The translations under genes and the position numbers were made by a program. 64,000 nucleotides of DNA from Bugula neritina. Lineage: Eukaryota > Animalia > Bryozoa. A model generated the notes under the pieces. That model searched no databases. It was not told where the DNA came from and was given only the letters and a program-made list of their open reading frames with translations. The stretch spans positions 930,001 through 994,000 of the forward strand of contig OZ037769.1 in NCBI GenBank assembly GCA_964035545.1, read 5' to 3'. Numbering within the stretch: position 1 is the first letter of the stretch; each line of letters starts with the position of its first letter. Positions 41,045 through 59,700 of the stretch are shown piece by piece.

Positions 41045-44000
41045 TTAACCAGTCCGTGACCTTCTATGCATCAGATGAGGGTCAAGGACAAAGTTGAGCT
41101 GCAAGTTTTGATTGGCTGAGAAGCTAATCAAGAGGTTTTTAAGCCCTGTTTCTATTTGAGGTTGAAATTTTCTAGGAACGTACCCATCTCGGTAAGACCT
41201 AGCAATGGTGACTAAAGCTATATCTGGTAAAGCTGATATAGAACCTTCTGTCAGAAGTAAGTCCTTGGTAATGCTGCCTTCACTTGGGACATAGAATACA
41301 GATCCTCCAGAATAGGGTGTGCTGGAGCCTGTACACACGGCCATAGAGTTTAGCTGAGTCTCTACAGATATCTTAGCTGTGTAGGGGGACAACTCCATAC
41401 AGAAACCAACAGCTAACAACGCTTTCAGTTGAGGAATTGACAGTTTTTCTCTCACATAAAATTTAAGTTGGTCCAACTTCTCTTTGATTCTGTTTACTTG
41501 AGAGCATTTTGTCTGACTCATAGCAGTGGTCTGCTCTTGGGTCAAGGTTAGGCAGTTGATGTCCAGTGGAGATGTACACTTAGACTGCAGGACACTTGTT
41601 ATCAAATCAAACAAATGTTTCTCCTCATCTGCTGTTCTGGGACAGAAAAGTGGTTCCAGCATCTCATTTACCTTCTCTGAAAACACATTAGTATATTATG
41701 AATCATACTCTGTGATATTTTACTGCAACAATTGTCTTCTTTTACAGACAAGCTATGCTACAAGGATACAAATTGTAAGCTCAACATGCAAAATGCTGGA
41801 AAGGCTCATCAAACACTACATTATAACTCATACACCTATGGACAAATATCAGTTCGCATATCGTACAAATCGCTCTACACAAGATGCGCTGTTATGTCTA
41901 ACTACAACTGTGACAAGTTTCATTGATAAGAAAGCATCCAATTACGCAAGGTGCCTTTTTCTAGACTTCTCTTCTGCATTCAATACTATATCTATTCCAG
42001 ACCTCATTACGCAACTAACTCATCTTGACTCCAATGTTACTGAGTGGATTTACAGATTTCTTACAAACAGAGTGGATGGCATAACATCAAATCCAATCAT
42101 AACTAACACAGGAACTCCCCAAGGGTGCTGTTTATCTCCACTATTGTTTTCTATCTACACTAATAGGATTACCTCAAGCCAGAGCAACATCACCGTAATT
42201 AAATATGCAGATGACACTTGCATTATTGGCTGCATTGGCAAACAGTCTGATCTAAATATTTACTTTGATGAGATTAAAAGAATTTCTAAGCAATGTGATG
42301 ATTTAAATTTATTATTAAACCCTAGCAAGACCCAAGAAATGATGTTCTCAACCCAACGTGCTAAACCTCATACCCCTACTCTCGTATTGAATGGAACAAA
42401 CATTGTATTGTCTGAAAAAGTAAGATATCTTGGTGTGTTAGTGGATCAGAATTTGAGATTTCATGAACATGTACAATCAGTAGTAACAACAGTATCAAGA
42501 AGAATGTATATTGTGAAGAATTTTGCGTATCTTAGCTCTAAACCTCTAGCAAATATGTTATTCAAAAGTTTCATCATGTCCCGCATCGCCTATTGTCTAC
42601 CTACTATTTTTACTTGTATCTATGCCAGTGATAAAAAGGCTATTCGAAGAATTCTCAAAGATTGCTCAAAACTCGGAATTAAGTATCTAAACATTGATTT
42701 GCACATTCAGAAACTCACTAAAGAACTTGCCATCAAATATATAATAGACAATGACCATTTCATCAATAACTTTCTGAGTCAATGCCCTTCTGGAAGATAT
42801 CGAACCATCAAATATAGAGGGGCATGAGGCAGAGATAGCTTCTTGCGACATTTTGTAAATACTTTGAATGATCTTTTATTTCAAATAATCCAACAGAGTT
42901 TTGATTTTTTCTCTTATTTTTGTTCATTCCTACTTATTATAGCCAGTATTTACACTGAATTTTGCAACGTGCTGTCATGTTTGTGATATGTAATAAATCA
43001 ATCAATCAACAGTTCTTGCTTAAAGTATATTTAGAGAAAGGCAAACTGTGTAGTGGTATGAAGATAGAGTGATGTAATATATTGTGACAATCAATAATTT
43101 CATTCTTATTGTATTTACGCTAACAGGAAACACGCATATCAGCATGCTATTTAAATGTTAACATAATATTGTAATGGATTCTCATCCTCTACTGTTCTGA
43201 AGTAACTGCGTGCGTCAGTATTATAATTACTGTTGCGTATGTTTGGAATGCTGTAATTGTAGCTAAGTTGGGCTAGCTTTCTAATGCCTTATTATTGTGA
43301 TTGTTGTTAAAGCTTTTAGTATAATGTAATTTTCATGAAATACGCATTCCAGAGTTATTTTCTCTTTTTGCTATTTGTGTGGCTTTTATGAATGCCTTCA
43401 ATAGGTTGTTATTATAGCTAAATTCTTGGCCTATTGAATTATTCGTTCTCCTTTGTCTACTTTTCTTTTGTTTCTGTCAAGCTTAACTTTTTTTTGTCTG
43501 TTGGAACATTCTAGATTGTGAATTCTTGTGTATAAAAGCAGGCGAGTTTCCAGTGTAGTTCAGACTACTACTGGAGCTCGCTGGTAGTAGGACCTAAAGC
43601 TGTATTGATACAATAAAAGTTATCTTTCATTTGTACTCAAATACTTGGCTTATTCTTTCTAATGAGCATGTAGGCACTAGTTGCATTCATAACCCACAGT
43701 TTACTACAATATTAAAGTTTTAAAGCCAGCTGAAGCCCTTGCTATGTGACCATACCGCAACAACAAACTTATTTTCTCACAAGTAGGCTGTGTGTTTTTC
43801 TCAACTGCTTCTTTTAAGGAGAAATATGTAACCGTATTCACGCTCAAAAGAAAATCTAATACAAAACTAAATCTGCATCTTGGAACTTAAATACACCAAT
43901 AATGCAGCTCTGTTCTAATAAATAATACGTAGATCTGAGAACTGGTGATTAGCTTCATTTGAACAAGACTTTTCAACTAATACAAGATAGCTACATGTTT

Positions 44001-46224
44001 AATAGTACAGAAGCAATGATGGAATTTGAGTTGTTTTTAAACATAGACAAAGTATTCTGCAGGATGTAAGAGAGACAACTTCGCTTTGAAATGATTCAAA
44101 CTACCCATTAATCTTGTTTTGTGTCTTGTATACATTTTGAATGTATGGCTCACTTTAATTTGTAAATGTCGACTAAAGAAACTAGCAATTAGTGTATATA
44201 TTTTATAAACATATATGTTTAGAAATCTTACCTGCTATATAGATAAGTTCTAAGACTAACCTATATAAGTCCAGTTAATACCAACTTCCAACAAACTATT
44301 TGAAACTTTTTCACATCCAAAATAATCTTCATCGATGTCCAAAATAATTGGTGAACGTTTTTTGTTATATCCAGATAGTTTTGGTTTATTCCCTTCTAAT
44401 ATATTCTTTGAATTTTGTTCCATGTACGTATCTTTTACATAATCAAATCTAATGTTCTAAAATACATTGCAAAACAATGCAAACATTATATAATAAATTT
44501 CATATTATAAACAATCTTATTGCGATTTGAATTTACTAACCTTCACTTTAACAAAGCACTTTGCATCTTTACCCTCGTATGGAACTAGTTCTGGTTTGGC
44601 GTACAGACAAGTTCTACCCAGTGGATCGGTGAATGGTTTACTTCTCACTCCATCAGTGTATGTCTATAACAAACCAGATTAATATTTACATAAACCAAGT
44701 GTTATACAAAATATACTACATATGCTACGTGTTCAGTATTAGTTGTATTTTATAAGACAACTATAAGGCTATCGCTACTGTGACCAATGAGCTAAATAAA
44801 TTGTTGCAAGTGTTACTGGTATATGACTATAGTAAACATGGTTATGCTAAAATATGTTTGTACAAACAAGAATGTCAATTTGTAATTAAAACTGACAGAA
44901 TTCAATTTCAAAAGTAATGACTGTTTTATGCTTTCAGCTGTGGGCTTACAACAAAATATGGTTTAGTTTTCTCAATACCTGTGGATAAATAAAATAAGTT
45001 CTGTTGTACACAAAACATGCTATAGCTAGTTGAGAGAGAGAGAGAGAAATTAGTATAGGCATAAAAATTATTAGTTTAACTGAAAGCTTTTATAGCTTTT
45101 CTCTGAAAGCTTTTATAGCTTTTCTCTGAAAGCTTTTATAGCTTTTCTCTAAAAGCTTTTATAGCTTTTCTCTGAAAGCTTTTATAGCTTTTCTCTGAAA
45201 GCTTTTATAGCTTTTCTCTGAAAGCTTTTATAGTAGCAATGTTATAATGCAGCAATCTACAGATGGTTCCTTCAGACACAATTCTTTTTATCTATTTCTC
45301 ACCTCCTTCATGCAGATACACATGCCAGCTGTCACGTTACTCTGCTCTGCGTAGTTGAACAACCCGAGATCTACCAACCCAGTAGTATGATTTCCAAACA
45401 CATAGCTTGTCTGATTGGTCCAACTAGGCCACACCCACACAAATCTATCTACCAGTCCAGTTCCTACGGCTGCCTGAAATATTACAAGTTTAAATAACTC
45501 ACATCGTGAAAATAGTAGGTGTACAGCAGAGATGCTACTTGGTATAAAATTCTCTAACCATTATGAAAGCATCATTTCTTTGCATCAGCTTAGCCACGTC
45601 AGTTGGTGATTTCGGCCAATGAAATAGCGGAAGACCTTCTTTGTATGCCAATGGAGCAAAGTCACTGTGTCCATCTAAATGTACCTAAATAATTTAGATA
45701 AATATTAGTAAAAATAAATATACGTTATTTTAATGATTTATACATTATAAATATTTAAATTGACTTATTCCCCATACAACCATATTTATTGTATAGTTGA
45801 GTATATTGTTTAATAATATTAATAAACTCAAGGTTTAAATCTGGTAAAAGTTTTCAATACCAATTATGCAATTAAACTATTATACAATTACATAACATAA
45901 AAATAATAAAGCTTTTAATACTTGTTGACTTCAGCACCTAGTTTAGTGCAAAAGCTATTAAAATATGCCAATATCTGTACAATATAAAAATGCTGTTGCT
46001 ATTCGGCCCCATTTCAAAACTGTGTAATCTTTTATAAATACAGTTTTATATTGCAACCTGCTTATGTATTTAAACTGTAAATGGACTCTATACATAAGAA
46101 ATAGTGTCAGTTTAAGCGTCTTTCTGTACTATTTCATAATACTTGAGTCTTATAGATGTCAGTAAGGCAGCGACAGCAGCAGCACCACCACCGCCGCCGC
46201 CGCCGCCGCCACCACCACCAATAT

Positions 46225-46261
<37 letters not shown>

Positions 46262-47110
46262 TCTACACGCATACTTAGCAGCTATAATTAGCACAGTTTG
46301 TGTAAGAACGTGAAAAGCAAAATGTCTTACCAATGTGTAGGAAGGGTGCTTTGATTTGCTTTCATTGCTTGTAGCCTCTTTGCTCCGATTGGCTAATGCG
46401 AACCAATATGGCAGAACTGCAGTAAATATCACAAAACAATACAAATTCAGCACCAGTGACTCTTATGAGTGCTTAATAATTGGAATAGTAGATTTTGCTG
46501 CTTTGCTCAAATTGATGCTTAGAAGAAAGCTACCACTGCACACGACTAACTGTCTCTATAGACATGACAGCTTACATTCATCCTGCAGCCGTTGAATCAA
46601 TGTCTAGCCCCTACCTCCATGATGTTCTTCTACTATCACCACATCCACCTGTCTCTTCTGAGCTTTTACTGCTTGATACACTTGTTTATCAGGAGCTTCT
46701 TGTTCTCTTAGAAGTTCTTGTTGCTGTAGAGGTTCTTGTTTCTTTAGAAGTCCTTTTTTCTTTAGAGGTTCTTGTTTTATTAGAGGTTTGTGTTTATTTC
46801 CGGAGTTACCTTGCTTGTTTTGTTCAACTTGGTAAGGATAATCCTTTTCCTTCTGATTCGTCCCTTTCAGATGCAGTGCTGCCTTCTCCTTAGTTTTTGC
46901 AAAGACGCCGTTGTCTTGCTGAAAATTGTCATGCTGTCGATTGCTGACAGCTAAGTCTGGAGTTTTCCTCTCTTTAATAAACTTTTGCCGTCTGACAACA
47001 TGACTCTTTGTAATGGAGTAAACGGCAAATATGAATATAAAAACAGTGGCTATTAAAAGAATACCTCGGCAGATGTACTTGGCTAGAGGTGTTTTGATAT
47101 ACCAGAACAT
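41045..47110 (-). CDS. UPF0489/C5orf22-like (arginase/deacetylase-fold) protein with an N-terminal TM anchor, ~7 exons
   Basis: Exons 46615-47110, 46331-46416, ~45559-45684, ~45303-45473, ~44541-44665, ~44232-44456, 41045-41676; motifs VVIVEEHHGVLPYW, TLVHLDGHSD, NDAFI, FVWVWPSW, LDIDEDYF, LVTIARSYRDGYVP; TM GILLIATVFIFIFAVYSI. Confidence 0.75.
41780..43010 (+). mobile_element. 5'-truncated Rex1/Babar-like (CR1/L2 group) LINE in an intron; 5' boundary approximate
   Basis: QFAYR..RST.DA, LFLDFSSAFNTI, TGTPQGCCLSPLLFSIYT, KYADDT and RYLGV; 3' end AATAAA-(TCAA)3. Confidence 0.88.
43170..43708 (+). mobile_element. Probable solo LTR (539 bp, Gypsy-like)
   Basis: TGTA...TACA termini, ATAT duplication at 43166-43169 and 43709-43712, TATAAAAG at ~43531, AATAAA at ~43612. 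Confidence 0.7.
45080..45233. repeat. ~24 bp tandem repeat within a dispersed repeat also found inverted at ~6530-6600 and ~17945-18015
   Basis: CTGAAAGCTTTTATAGCTTTTCT x~6; reverse complement of AGAGAAAAAGCTATGAAAAGCTTTCAG. Confidence 0.85.
46172..46260. repeat. Intronic (CCG/CCA)n and (CAG)n trinucleotide tracts
   Basis: Direct reading; lies downstream of the GTAAGA donor at 46330. Confidence 0.9.
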
Positions 47111-48410
47111 TCTACAACTATTGCTAAATACAAAGCATTGCTTATACCTATATGCTCCTATATAATATATACTCCTATATATCTACACTCTACAGTGTAT
47201 AGGCAAAACACTCTTGTCAATGATAAAAGGAAAACTACTGATTACAGATATGCAGACTCTCTAATGTAAGCCTTTGATGATTCATTTAAATCTAGAATGT
47301 GTTGATATTACCAGCTGTTGGCTCTCAAAACCAGATAAACACCAGCAAAGCTAGCTGCTTCATATGAACCCAATTACAAACATTAAACTTGAGAAAGTTT
47401 TTCTAGTAAGCCTTGCCGTACTTGTCATATGATTGAATATTTGGAAAATTTGATGAAAATAAAAGAATTCCACAAAATAATTTAATTGACTATACCATAA
47501 TAAAAGTACTAACTATAAACCGTTGCAACTTCAAACCGCTATGACGAGTTGTCTTCCTTGCTAATTTACAAAAGGCGAAATTTGCGCACAGTGATAAGTC
47601 ACATGAACATCACATGACAAAAACTCATAGACTTTGTATTTTTATGTTTCTATACTCCATGGACCTTTTGACAAGTGGATGTTAGTTACTAATAAAATAA
47701 GAATCATTTAACTCAAATTACTAGTAAATGCTTTTTGAAAACTTTCTAGTCTTTAATTTGCTCATCATTTAACTAGTTTCTACTTTTATTGTTAATATAA
47801 AATTAAATATTCAAATTCAATCTCACAATTATACTAATATTAGTACTAGTACTACTACTACTAGTAGTAGTAGTAATATTAAATTTAATAGTAATAGTAA
47901 TACAGTAATAGTAATACTAATACTAATACTAATACTAATAGTAATACTAATTGAGTAATAGGCCTACTAATAGTAATAAATAATAACATTTAAAGTATAA
48001 GTGTATAAGTATAATATTATTATACTTATAAACTATTAAAAATTTGAATTATTGCATTACAACCAAATATTATAAATAAAAAATAATAAAATTAAAATTA
48101 ATTATATGATAAGAGCATTGTCACTAAATTTTTTATTTATAATATTTGGTTGTAATGCAATAATTTGATTTTTTAATTAAAGCAAGTTAATAACTAATAA
48201 GTAATTAGTATGTTAATATTATGAAGATGAATATTGTTTTAGCCTTAGGGAAAGTCAAAGCCTTGATATTTGATCCTACCTTATAATTTATAAGCCTGGT
48301 TTTAAACTCTGCATTGGTACATAAAGACCCTAGACTATTATAACTGAATGGAAAAACTTGTGAATTGATTCATGTTGCTTTTTATCATTGCAGATCGTTG
48401 CTGAACCATA

Positions 48411-52564
<4,154 letters not shown>

Positions 52565-53712
52565 GGAGACATTCATGTTTAGCCTGAGTACCTAATTGAC
52601 GTATCCAGGGTGTCTCTAAACCACACCCCTATTCATTCAACTCTTCAAATTTGTATACTGGTTTTATATACAGTAATATCTAAATACGATTACAATGTTT
52701 AATTTCTGTTTATTATGTTTATAAAACTTGTTTTTCATTTTTCTGAGTTGTCTTTTCAAGTTGCTCATGGGAATACTAAAAATAAAATGTCTTAAAACTA
52801 CTAAGAATTTGCTCCTACAAATATATATAATACAAATAAGTTGTCCTAGTCGGCAATTTCAACTTGGAAAATAGCAACTTGTGTGGGGACAAGTTGAAAC
52901 TAGTGTATATTACAAGGCAGTTTCATCAAGTTTGTGTGTATTGCATTTGAGTTGTACAATTTATTATACCGTTACCATATTGAATAATACTGTAGGTATC
53001 ACTTTTATGGGCATTTCTTAGCTATTAAACTCGAAGTTGCAAAATTAATAAAATCTGCTGAGGTCAATAAACCAGACCTTGACTATATTTTCAAACAAAA
53101 GAAAAAAATGTACAAGAATAAAATTCCTCAAGAAAAAAAATTTAGCATCAAAAAGTAAACACTGCAAAAATATGTACTATAAATTTTGCAGCTACGTCAG
53201 AATGCTATATTCCCATATCCATATCCCTTCTATTTAACACAACATATGCTTCGGGTAAAATACCAGAAACCAATCGATACAGGTTCTGGACCTTCTATGC
53301 AGTGCAGAACCTTAGCCTAGCATTCTAAAGCTGATAGTATGAGAGAATCATTATGCCCAAAGGGTTAAACTGTAATTTAGACTCAAAGATTTCACCACCA
53401 TTGAAATACTAGTCTATTGGCAACATAATTGAGCGAATTCATTGCTAAAATGAGTGAGCATGCTTCATCCTGTCTCCCTGAGTAAAGGAGACGTGGAGAC
53501 GTACTCTACTGTTCAAAGTTATGTGAAGACAACTCTAATGTAATATTCAAATGCTACGGGTCAGCTATGATATTGAAAACTCAATTTATATGAACGGATG
53601 CATAATGCAAATTAGGAAATGTAAAAAGATCAAAGTGACATCAATTCCTTCAATAGTATACCAAGAGGTAGCACGTGTAGAGAGATAACCTATACAAATA
53701 TTTGGCACTGTA

Positions 53713-56700
53713 TTAAATCATTCTACGGCTTGAAGAAAGCCTACAAATAGTAGGAGGTCCATTGGGTGGTCTATAGTTTGTGGGAGGCCTAAAGTTTGTG
53801 GGTGGTCTGTTGTCCATGGGTGGTCTGTTGTCCGTGGGTGGTCGGTTGTCCGTGGGTGGTCGGTTGTCTGTGGGTGGTCTGTTTACATGAGGTCTGCATA
53901 TAGTAGCAGGTCGGGCAGTAGGTTGCGGATTTCTGTTGATGGGTGGCCCCATGTCAGCCTGTCCCTGATTGGTTGGTCGATTGCCAGAGTTCTGTCTGCT
54001 GCGAGTAGATGACCGAACTACGGCCTCTCGTGCCTCATCAGGGAACTTACTTGGATCAGTAAGAACTGAAGTCTCTGCACAAATATCTCTCAGGGATCCC
54101 AACAATGCTGCAAACACAGGAAGTATGTTTGCCCAGTTGCTGCTATGATGAGAATTACTATAATTTTATTAGTTGGTGTAAGCACTGACTAATTCACTCA
54201 CTGACCACACACTAACTCAGTCTCACTCACTGATCACACAGTAACTCAGTCTCACTCACTGATCACACACTAACTCAGTCTCACTCACTGACCACACACT
54301 AACTCAGTCTCACTCACTGATCACACAGTAACTGAGTCTCACTCACTGATCACACAGTAACTCAGTCTCACTCACTGATCACACAGTAACTCAGTCTCAC
54401 TCACTGACCACACACTAACTGAGTCGCACTCACCGATCACACAGTAACTGAGTCTCACTCACTGACCACACACTAACTCAGTCTCACTCACTGACCACAC
54501 AGTTACTCAGTCTCACTCACTATCACACACTAACTCAGTCTCACTCACTGACTACACACTAACTGAGTATTACTCACTAATCACACAGTAACTGATCATG
54601 ACACTACAGTACAAAACTAATGACTAACATACGTGGAGCTAAAACAGACTAGCCAGGCTTACCTGAACGTAACGACACAAGAGAGCAATGCTGATCTACC
54701 CAGGCTTGAGTTGAGCGATACATATCATCAAGATTAGCTGTAGACACCATAGTGTAGAAGGAGTCAAACAGCGGGCCGGTTAGTTTACTGAATATGTAAA
54801 ACTTCCAGTTCCTGCGAGTTTGCTCGACCACATACGAGTTTAGCATGCTGTCCATGTGGTCTCGGTGTTGGGACATCATAGGAATGCCCGTAGCCGGCAG
54901 CTTTCCCTGACACTGACTACAACAGTGAGCACGGCAGAGTTATACAGGCATTCCTACCTCTCAGCTCAGCATGAACTGGTGTGTGTAAATACAATAGAGA
55001 AACAAACTCAACTTTTTCAATTACTCTTTGAAAAAGGCCGTATTACTTCCAACAAGCCTGCCTGCTGTCTGTTTCTACTAGGGAATTTCCTGGCAGATTT
55101 GCTGCCAAACAGATATAAGAGCTGCCGTGACTAGACGCCAAATCTGCGGACTTATAGAGATGCTACAACTACTTACACTATGGACATATCGAGGGCTGCA
55201 ATCTCATTGGACAGTATAGCCATTTCCCTCTGCATAATCTCCTCCTCTTCCTGTAACTTGAGTATGAACTCGATAGTCTTACTCAGCATAGTAGCTTTAC
55301 TCGCCTGGAGAATGGAAAATTAGTTATGACTCGTCAGCAGCAATAATAGGCAGCAATAGATGTCAAACCCCTTTGTTTACACAATCCCTTAACAACTACC
55401 AGTTTGACTCATATATGTAGGCCTTCTGATATCAGGTAGAATACAGGCAGCCCTTACAGATAAAGTGTGCCCTGCACCTCAAAGACATATGGTATTAGCT
55501 GTCTCACGCCACACCCAGTGAAAATTTGCACATTAAATGAGAAAATTTCACATCAGTGTTGAGTTCTAACACATAAAAACACTTAGCAGACCACACCCAC
55601 TTCACTTGACAGACCACACCCACTTCACTTGACGGACCACACCCACTTCACTTGACAGACCACACCCACTTCACGTGACAGACCACACCCATCACCGTAC
55701 CTTAGAGGTAGTGTTAGAAGCTATGGTTGGCACCAGAGTACCCAGAACTTCAAATCCAGTTTTAATCTGGTATCTCCTTTTTTGCTCTGCCGTCTGCGCC
55801 TCCTTTCTATCCTACAAGCAGACGTTCAGTATGATATAGCAATAAAGACACAGTGACTATAGATGTATAGCAATGCAGACACAGTGACTGTAGATATACT
55901 TAAAGTTCACATTTACCTCTTCAGCGGGTGGCGAGTTGATCGAGTCGAGTTGTGTTGAGCTAGCAGATGACGGCGAGGTTAGACTACTCGCTGAACCACC
56001 ACTTTGTTCTACAGAATCACATATAAACACTGTGAGTAACACTATGAGTGAGTGAGAGAAAACTAGTAACACTGTGAATGAGAGAGAGAGAACTAGTAAC
56101 ACTGAGAGTGAGAACTAGTAACACTGTAAGCGAGAACTAGTAACACTGAGAGTGAGAGAGAGAACTAGTAACACTGAGAGAGAGAACTAGTAACACTGAG
56201 AGTGAGTGAGAACTAGTAACACTGTGAGAGAGAACTAGTAACACTGAGAGAGAGAACTAGTAACACTGAGAGTGAGAGAGAGAACTAGTAACACTGAGAG
56301 AGAGAGAACTAGTAACACTGAGAGAGAGAACTGGTAACACTGAGAGTGAGAACTAGTAACACTGAGAGAGAGAACTAGTAACACTGAGAGTGAGAACTAG
56401 TAACACTGTGAGAGAGAGTGAGAACTAGTAACACTGTGAGAGAGAACTAGTAACACTGAGAGAGAACTGGTAACACTGAGAGTGAGAACTAGTAACACTG
56501 AGAGAGAGAACTAGTAACACTGAGAGTGAGAACTAGTAACACTGAGAGAGAGAACTAGTAACACTGAGAGAGAGAACTAGTAACACTGAGAGTGAGAGAG
56601 AGAACTAGTAACACTGAGAGAGAGAACTAGTAACACTGAGAGTGAGTGAGAACTAGTAACACTGTGAGAGAGAACTAGTAACACTGAGAGAGAGAACTAG

Positions 56701-59700
56701 TAACACTGAGAGTGAGAGAGAGAACTAGTAACACTGAGAGAGAGAACTAGTAACACTGAGAGAGAGAACTGGTAACACTGAGAGTGAGAACTAGTAACAC
56801 TGAGAGAGAGAACTAGTAACACTGAGAGTGAGAACTAGTAACACTGTGAGAGAGAGTGAGAACTAGTAACACTGTGAGAGAGAACTAGTAACACTGAGAG
56901 AGAACTGGTAACACTGAGAGTGAGAACTAGTAACACTGAGTGTAAGAACTAGTAACACTGTAAGTGATAACTGGTAACAACATACCTAAGAAGAGTATAA
57001 ACTTACTAGAAGTTGGTTGGTTAGATGGTTGCAGATCAAACGAAGGGTTCGGAGTGTAGGACTGTAAAAAATATAGTGAAACATACAAGAGGAAACAATT
57101 CCATGCAATCAGCCAACAATTGTTTGCCTGTTGGCAATAATGTGAAAAACTGCAGATTTTACTCAAACATATAAAATAAAGATAACTACAACTAGAATTG
57201 CAGAAGCGACCAATGAAAACTCTCAGATTTCAATACCCAATGACTAAGAGAGGAAGAACTCACTATTGGAGTGAATTGTGGGAAGTAGACTGGGTGCACA
57301 GGTCCAGTAAACTCCGGGCTAGTCTGGGGGGAGGTGCTAGCCCCACTTCCTTCATTGTCAAGGGGTTTACGAAGTAACTTCGTGAGGAAATTGGACTTTT
57401 GTTCTGGAACCAATTTCAAGGCCTGAGATTTCGGCTGTAACATTTTATAATTCAACAATATCAAGTGAGAAAAGCAAAGAAATTTTCACATCAAATTTTA
57501 TCGCAAATAGAAAAAAGCATAACACTTACTTCTGGCTTTTTAAACACATTAGTCTCAGGGTGCAGGTGATTAGATAGGTGAGGTTGCAGACGTGCACGTT
57601 CCTTCTGCGTCTGCTGTGTAGGGTAGACAGTGCTGACTGGTAGACCATTCATGTAAGGAACGGAGCTGCTGGACAATGAGGTGTGTTCAGTCATGGGAAC
57701 GCTGCTGGAGGGTAGAGGTTTGGCAGAAGACATCATTGCTGACTGACTTGAAGATGCAGCAGAGAAATTCATATCCTGAGCGAAATCAAGGGCTGAGAAA
57801 TCATCTGATTGGCTGCAAAGGAAGTCATCTGATTGGCTGCCAAGGAAGTCATTTGATTGGCTGCATGTGACAGTAGAAAAGTCTCCAGACTGGATACAGG
57901 AGAGTTGGACAGGAAGCTGTTGAGCTGACTGCAATGGTGGACTATGGTATATAGGAGGGGACGACTCTGCAATGCTACTGTAGGGTACATTGTGTTGAGA
58001 ATGATATGACGGAGGAGATGATTGCTGTCTGCTATATTTTCTGTTCAGTATCTGATTATTATTGCACAGAGAATTATGCGTGGGCAAGATCTGACTGTGG
58101 TTATAAGAGAGACCCAATTGTGGACCACCCTGTTCCTGTATTAATGCTAACTGACTGTTCTTATAGCCAGATGATGTCATCTGCATGCTACTGGCACATG
58201 TCACAGGTGATTGTGTGTCACTGTATACTGAGCTATTGTATGGGTTATAGTGACTTCTGGTGACAGGTGATTGCACTGACATGTCAGGGAAAATAGGAGG
58301 TGAGTCGACAGGTGTCTGCAGGTCGCTAGAGCGAGATCTTTTCTTGGCTGGATACACAGACACCGGGCTGAGTGGGCTGTCAAAGAACGCTCCCAGGTCA
58401 GACAAAACTGGAAAATAACCAAACTTGTCAGAATAAGAAGCAAAAACACCATATGGACAAAGAAAACGGATTACCATATATGGACACAAGAAAGGATTAC
58501 CACATACGGACATATAAAAGGATTACCATATATGGACACAGGAAAAAGATTACCATATATGGACATATGAAGGGATTACCATATATGGACATATGAAAGG
58601 AAATGAATGATTCAAATGGATAAAATTGAGGAAATCACATACCGGGTCTCTTTTGACCTGAAGAGAATCTCAACTGATCAACATGGATATTCATGGCGTC
58701 TGCTAGGAATTCTGCAAATACAAACAAACACAATAACTTTAGTATTTCCCCAAAAAGTTTTCATCTCTGACACTCACTGGAAAAACCTGCTCATCCTAAT
58801 CAGCAAGTGTTTTGTATACTCCAAAAATAATCTAAAACAAATAGTTTAAGGAAGTCAATAATGCCTACACATCCAACACTAAATATCAATAATTGAATTA
58901 TAAACACTCTAATTATAAGCAATTGGATTATCAATAATCAATTATGAAAGACCAAGTTTGTAAAATAATAAATTCAGTCAGACACGAACAAATTGGACTC
59001 ACCTTGCAACGGCTCAGAACTCTCAAAGTCTTCCAGAACAAGCTCTGGTTGTAAGCCAATCAGCTCAGGCTGCATCAGATCAGACGACTCCAATGCCACT
59101 ATCAAGTAAATTCCACACATTTTATAACAGAAGACTACATGTAACCAATTTACATGAATAAACCGTTCAACATCATCAAGCTAATCAATATGTCAGCAAC
59201 TAATGGTGAACTAGAGTATGAGCTGGCTACTAACGCAAGTCTCGGCTGGTTTGCTGGGGAAAGCCCACAGACTGCAGAGTGCTGAATATGTCGTCAGTCA
59301 GGTCCATCTTGTACTCGTCTATGGCGATGTTTGGAGGAGAGCTCTGTGCCTTGATTTGCTGGGCTTGTACAAAGGAGCTGATAGACCTCTGGTCTTCTTC
59401 CCCAACTCTGGCTAGTAACTCCCCCAGCGACGTCTGCAGTAGACACATATGACACTTACAAGATACTCTACAGCAGGTAATATGCAGTAGACAGATGAGT
59501 CATGTATGACACTTACATGACACTCTACAGCATGTGCTCTGCAGTAGACAGATGAGTCACGTATGACACTTACAAGACACTCTACAGCAGGTGCTCTGAG
59601 TAAGAGAAAGTAGAAGTTATCAGTTTACAAACTAGAAGATAATAATGAAGAGAAGCAGACCTGAGAAGTTTCAGGCTTCCAGTGTTTCATTCTCTCCTTG

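Noticed and set aside
41526-41780. N-terminal part of the 433 aa plus-strand ORF as an RT fusion
   Set aside because: It overlaps the antisense last exon of the UPF0489-like gene and intron; chance read-through into a truncated LINE
46112-46330. Poly-Ala/poly-Gly coding tract
   Set aside because: Lies after the GTAAGA donor at 46330; splicing there directly yields the conserved TL-VHLDGHSD motif
56025-56965. Constant motif with variable spacers resembling a CRISPR array
   Set aside because: The spacers are only short GA/GT runs; this is an ordinary minisatellite
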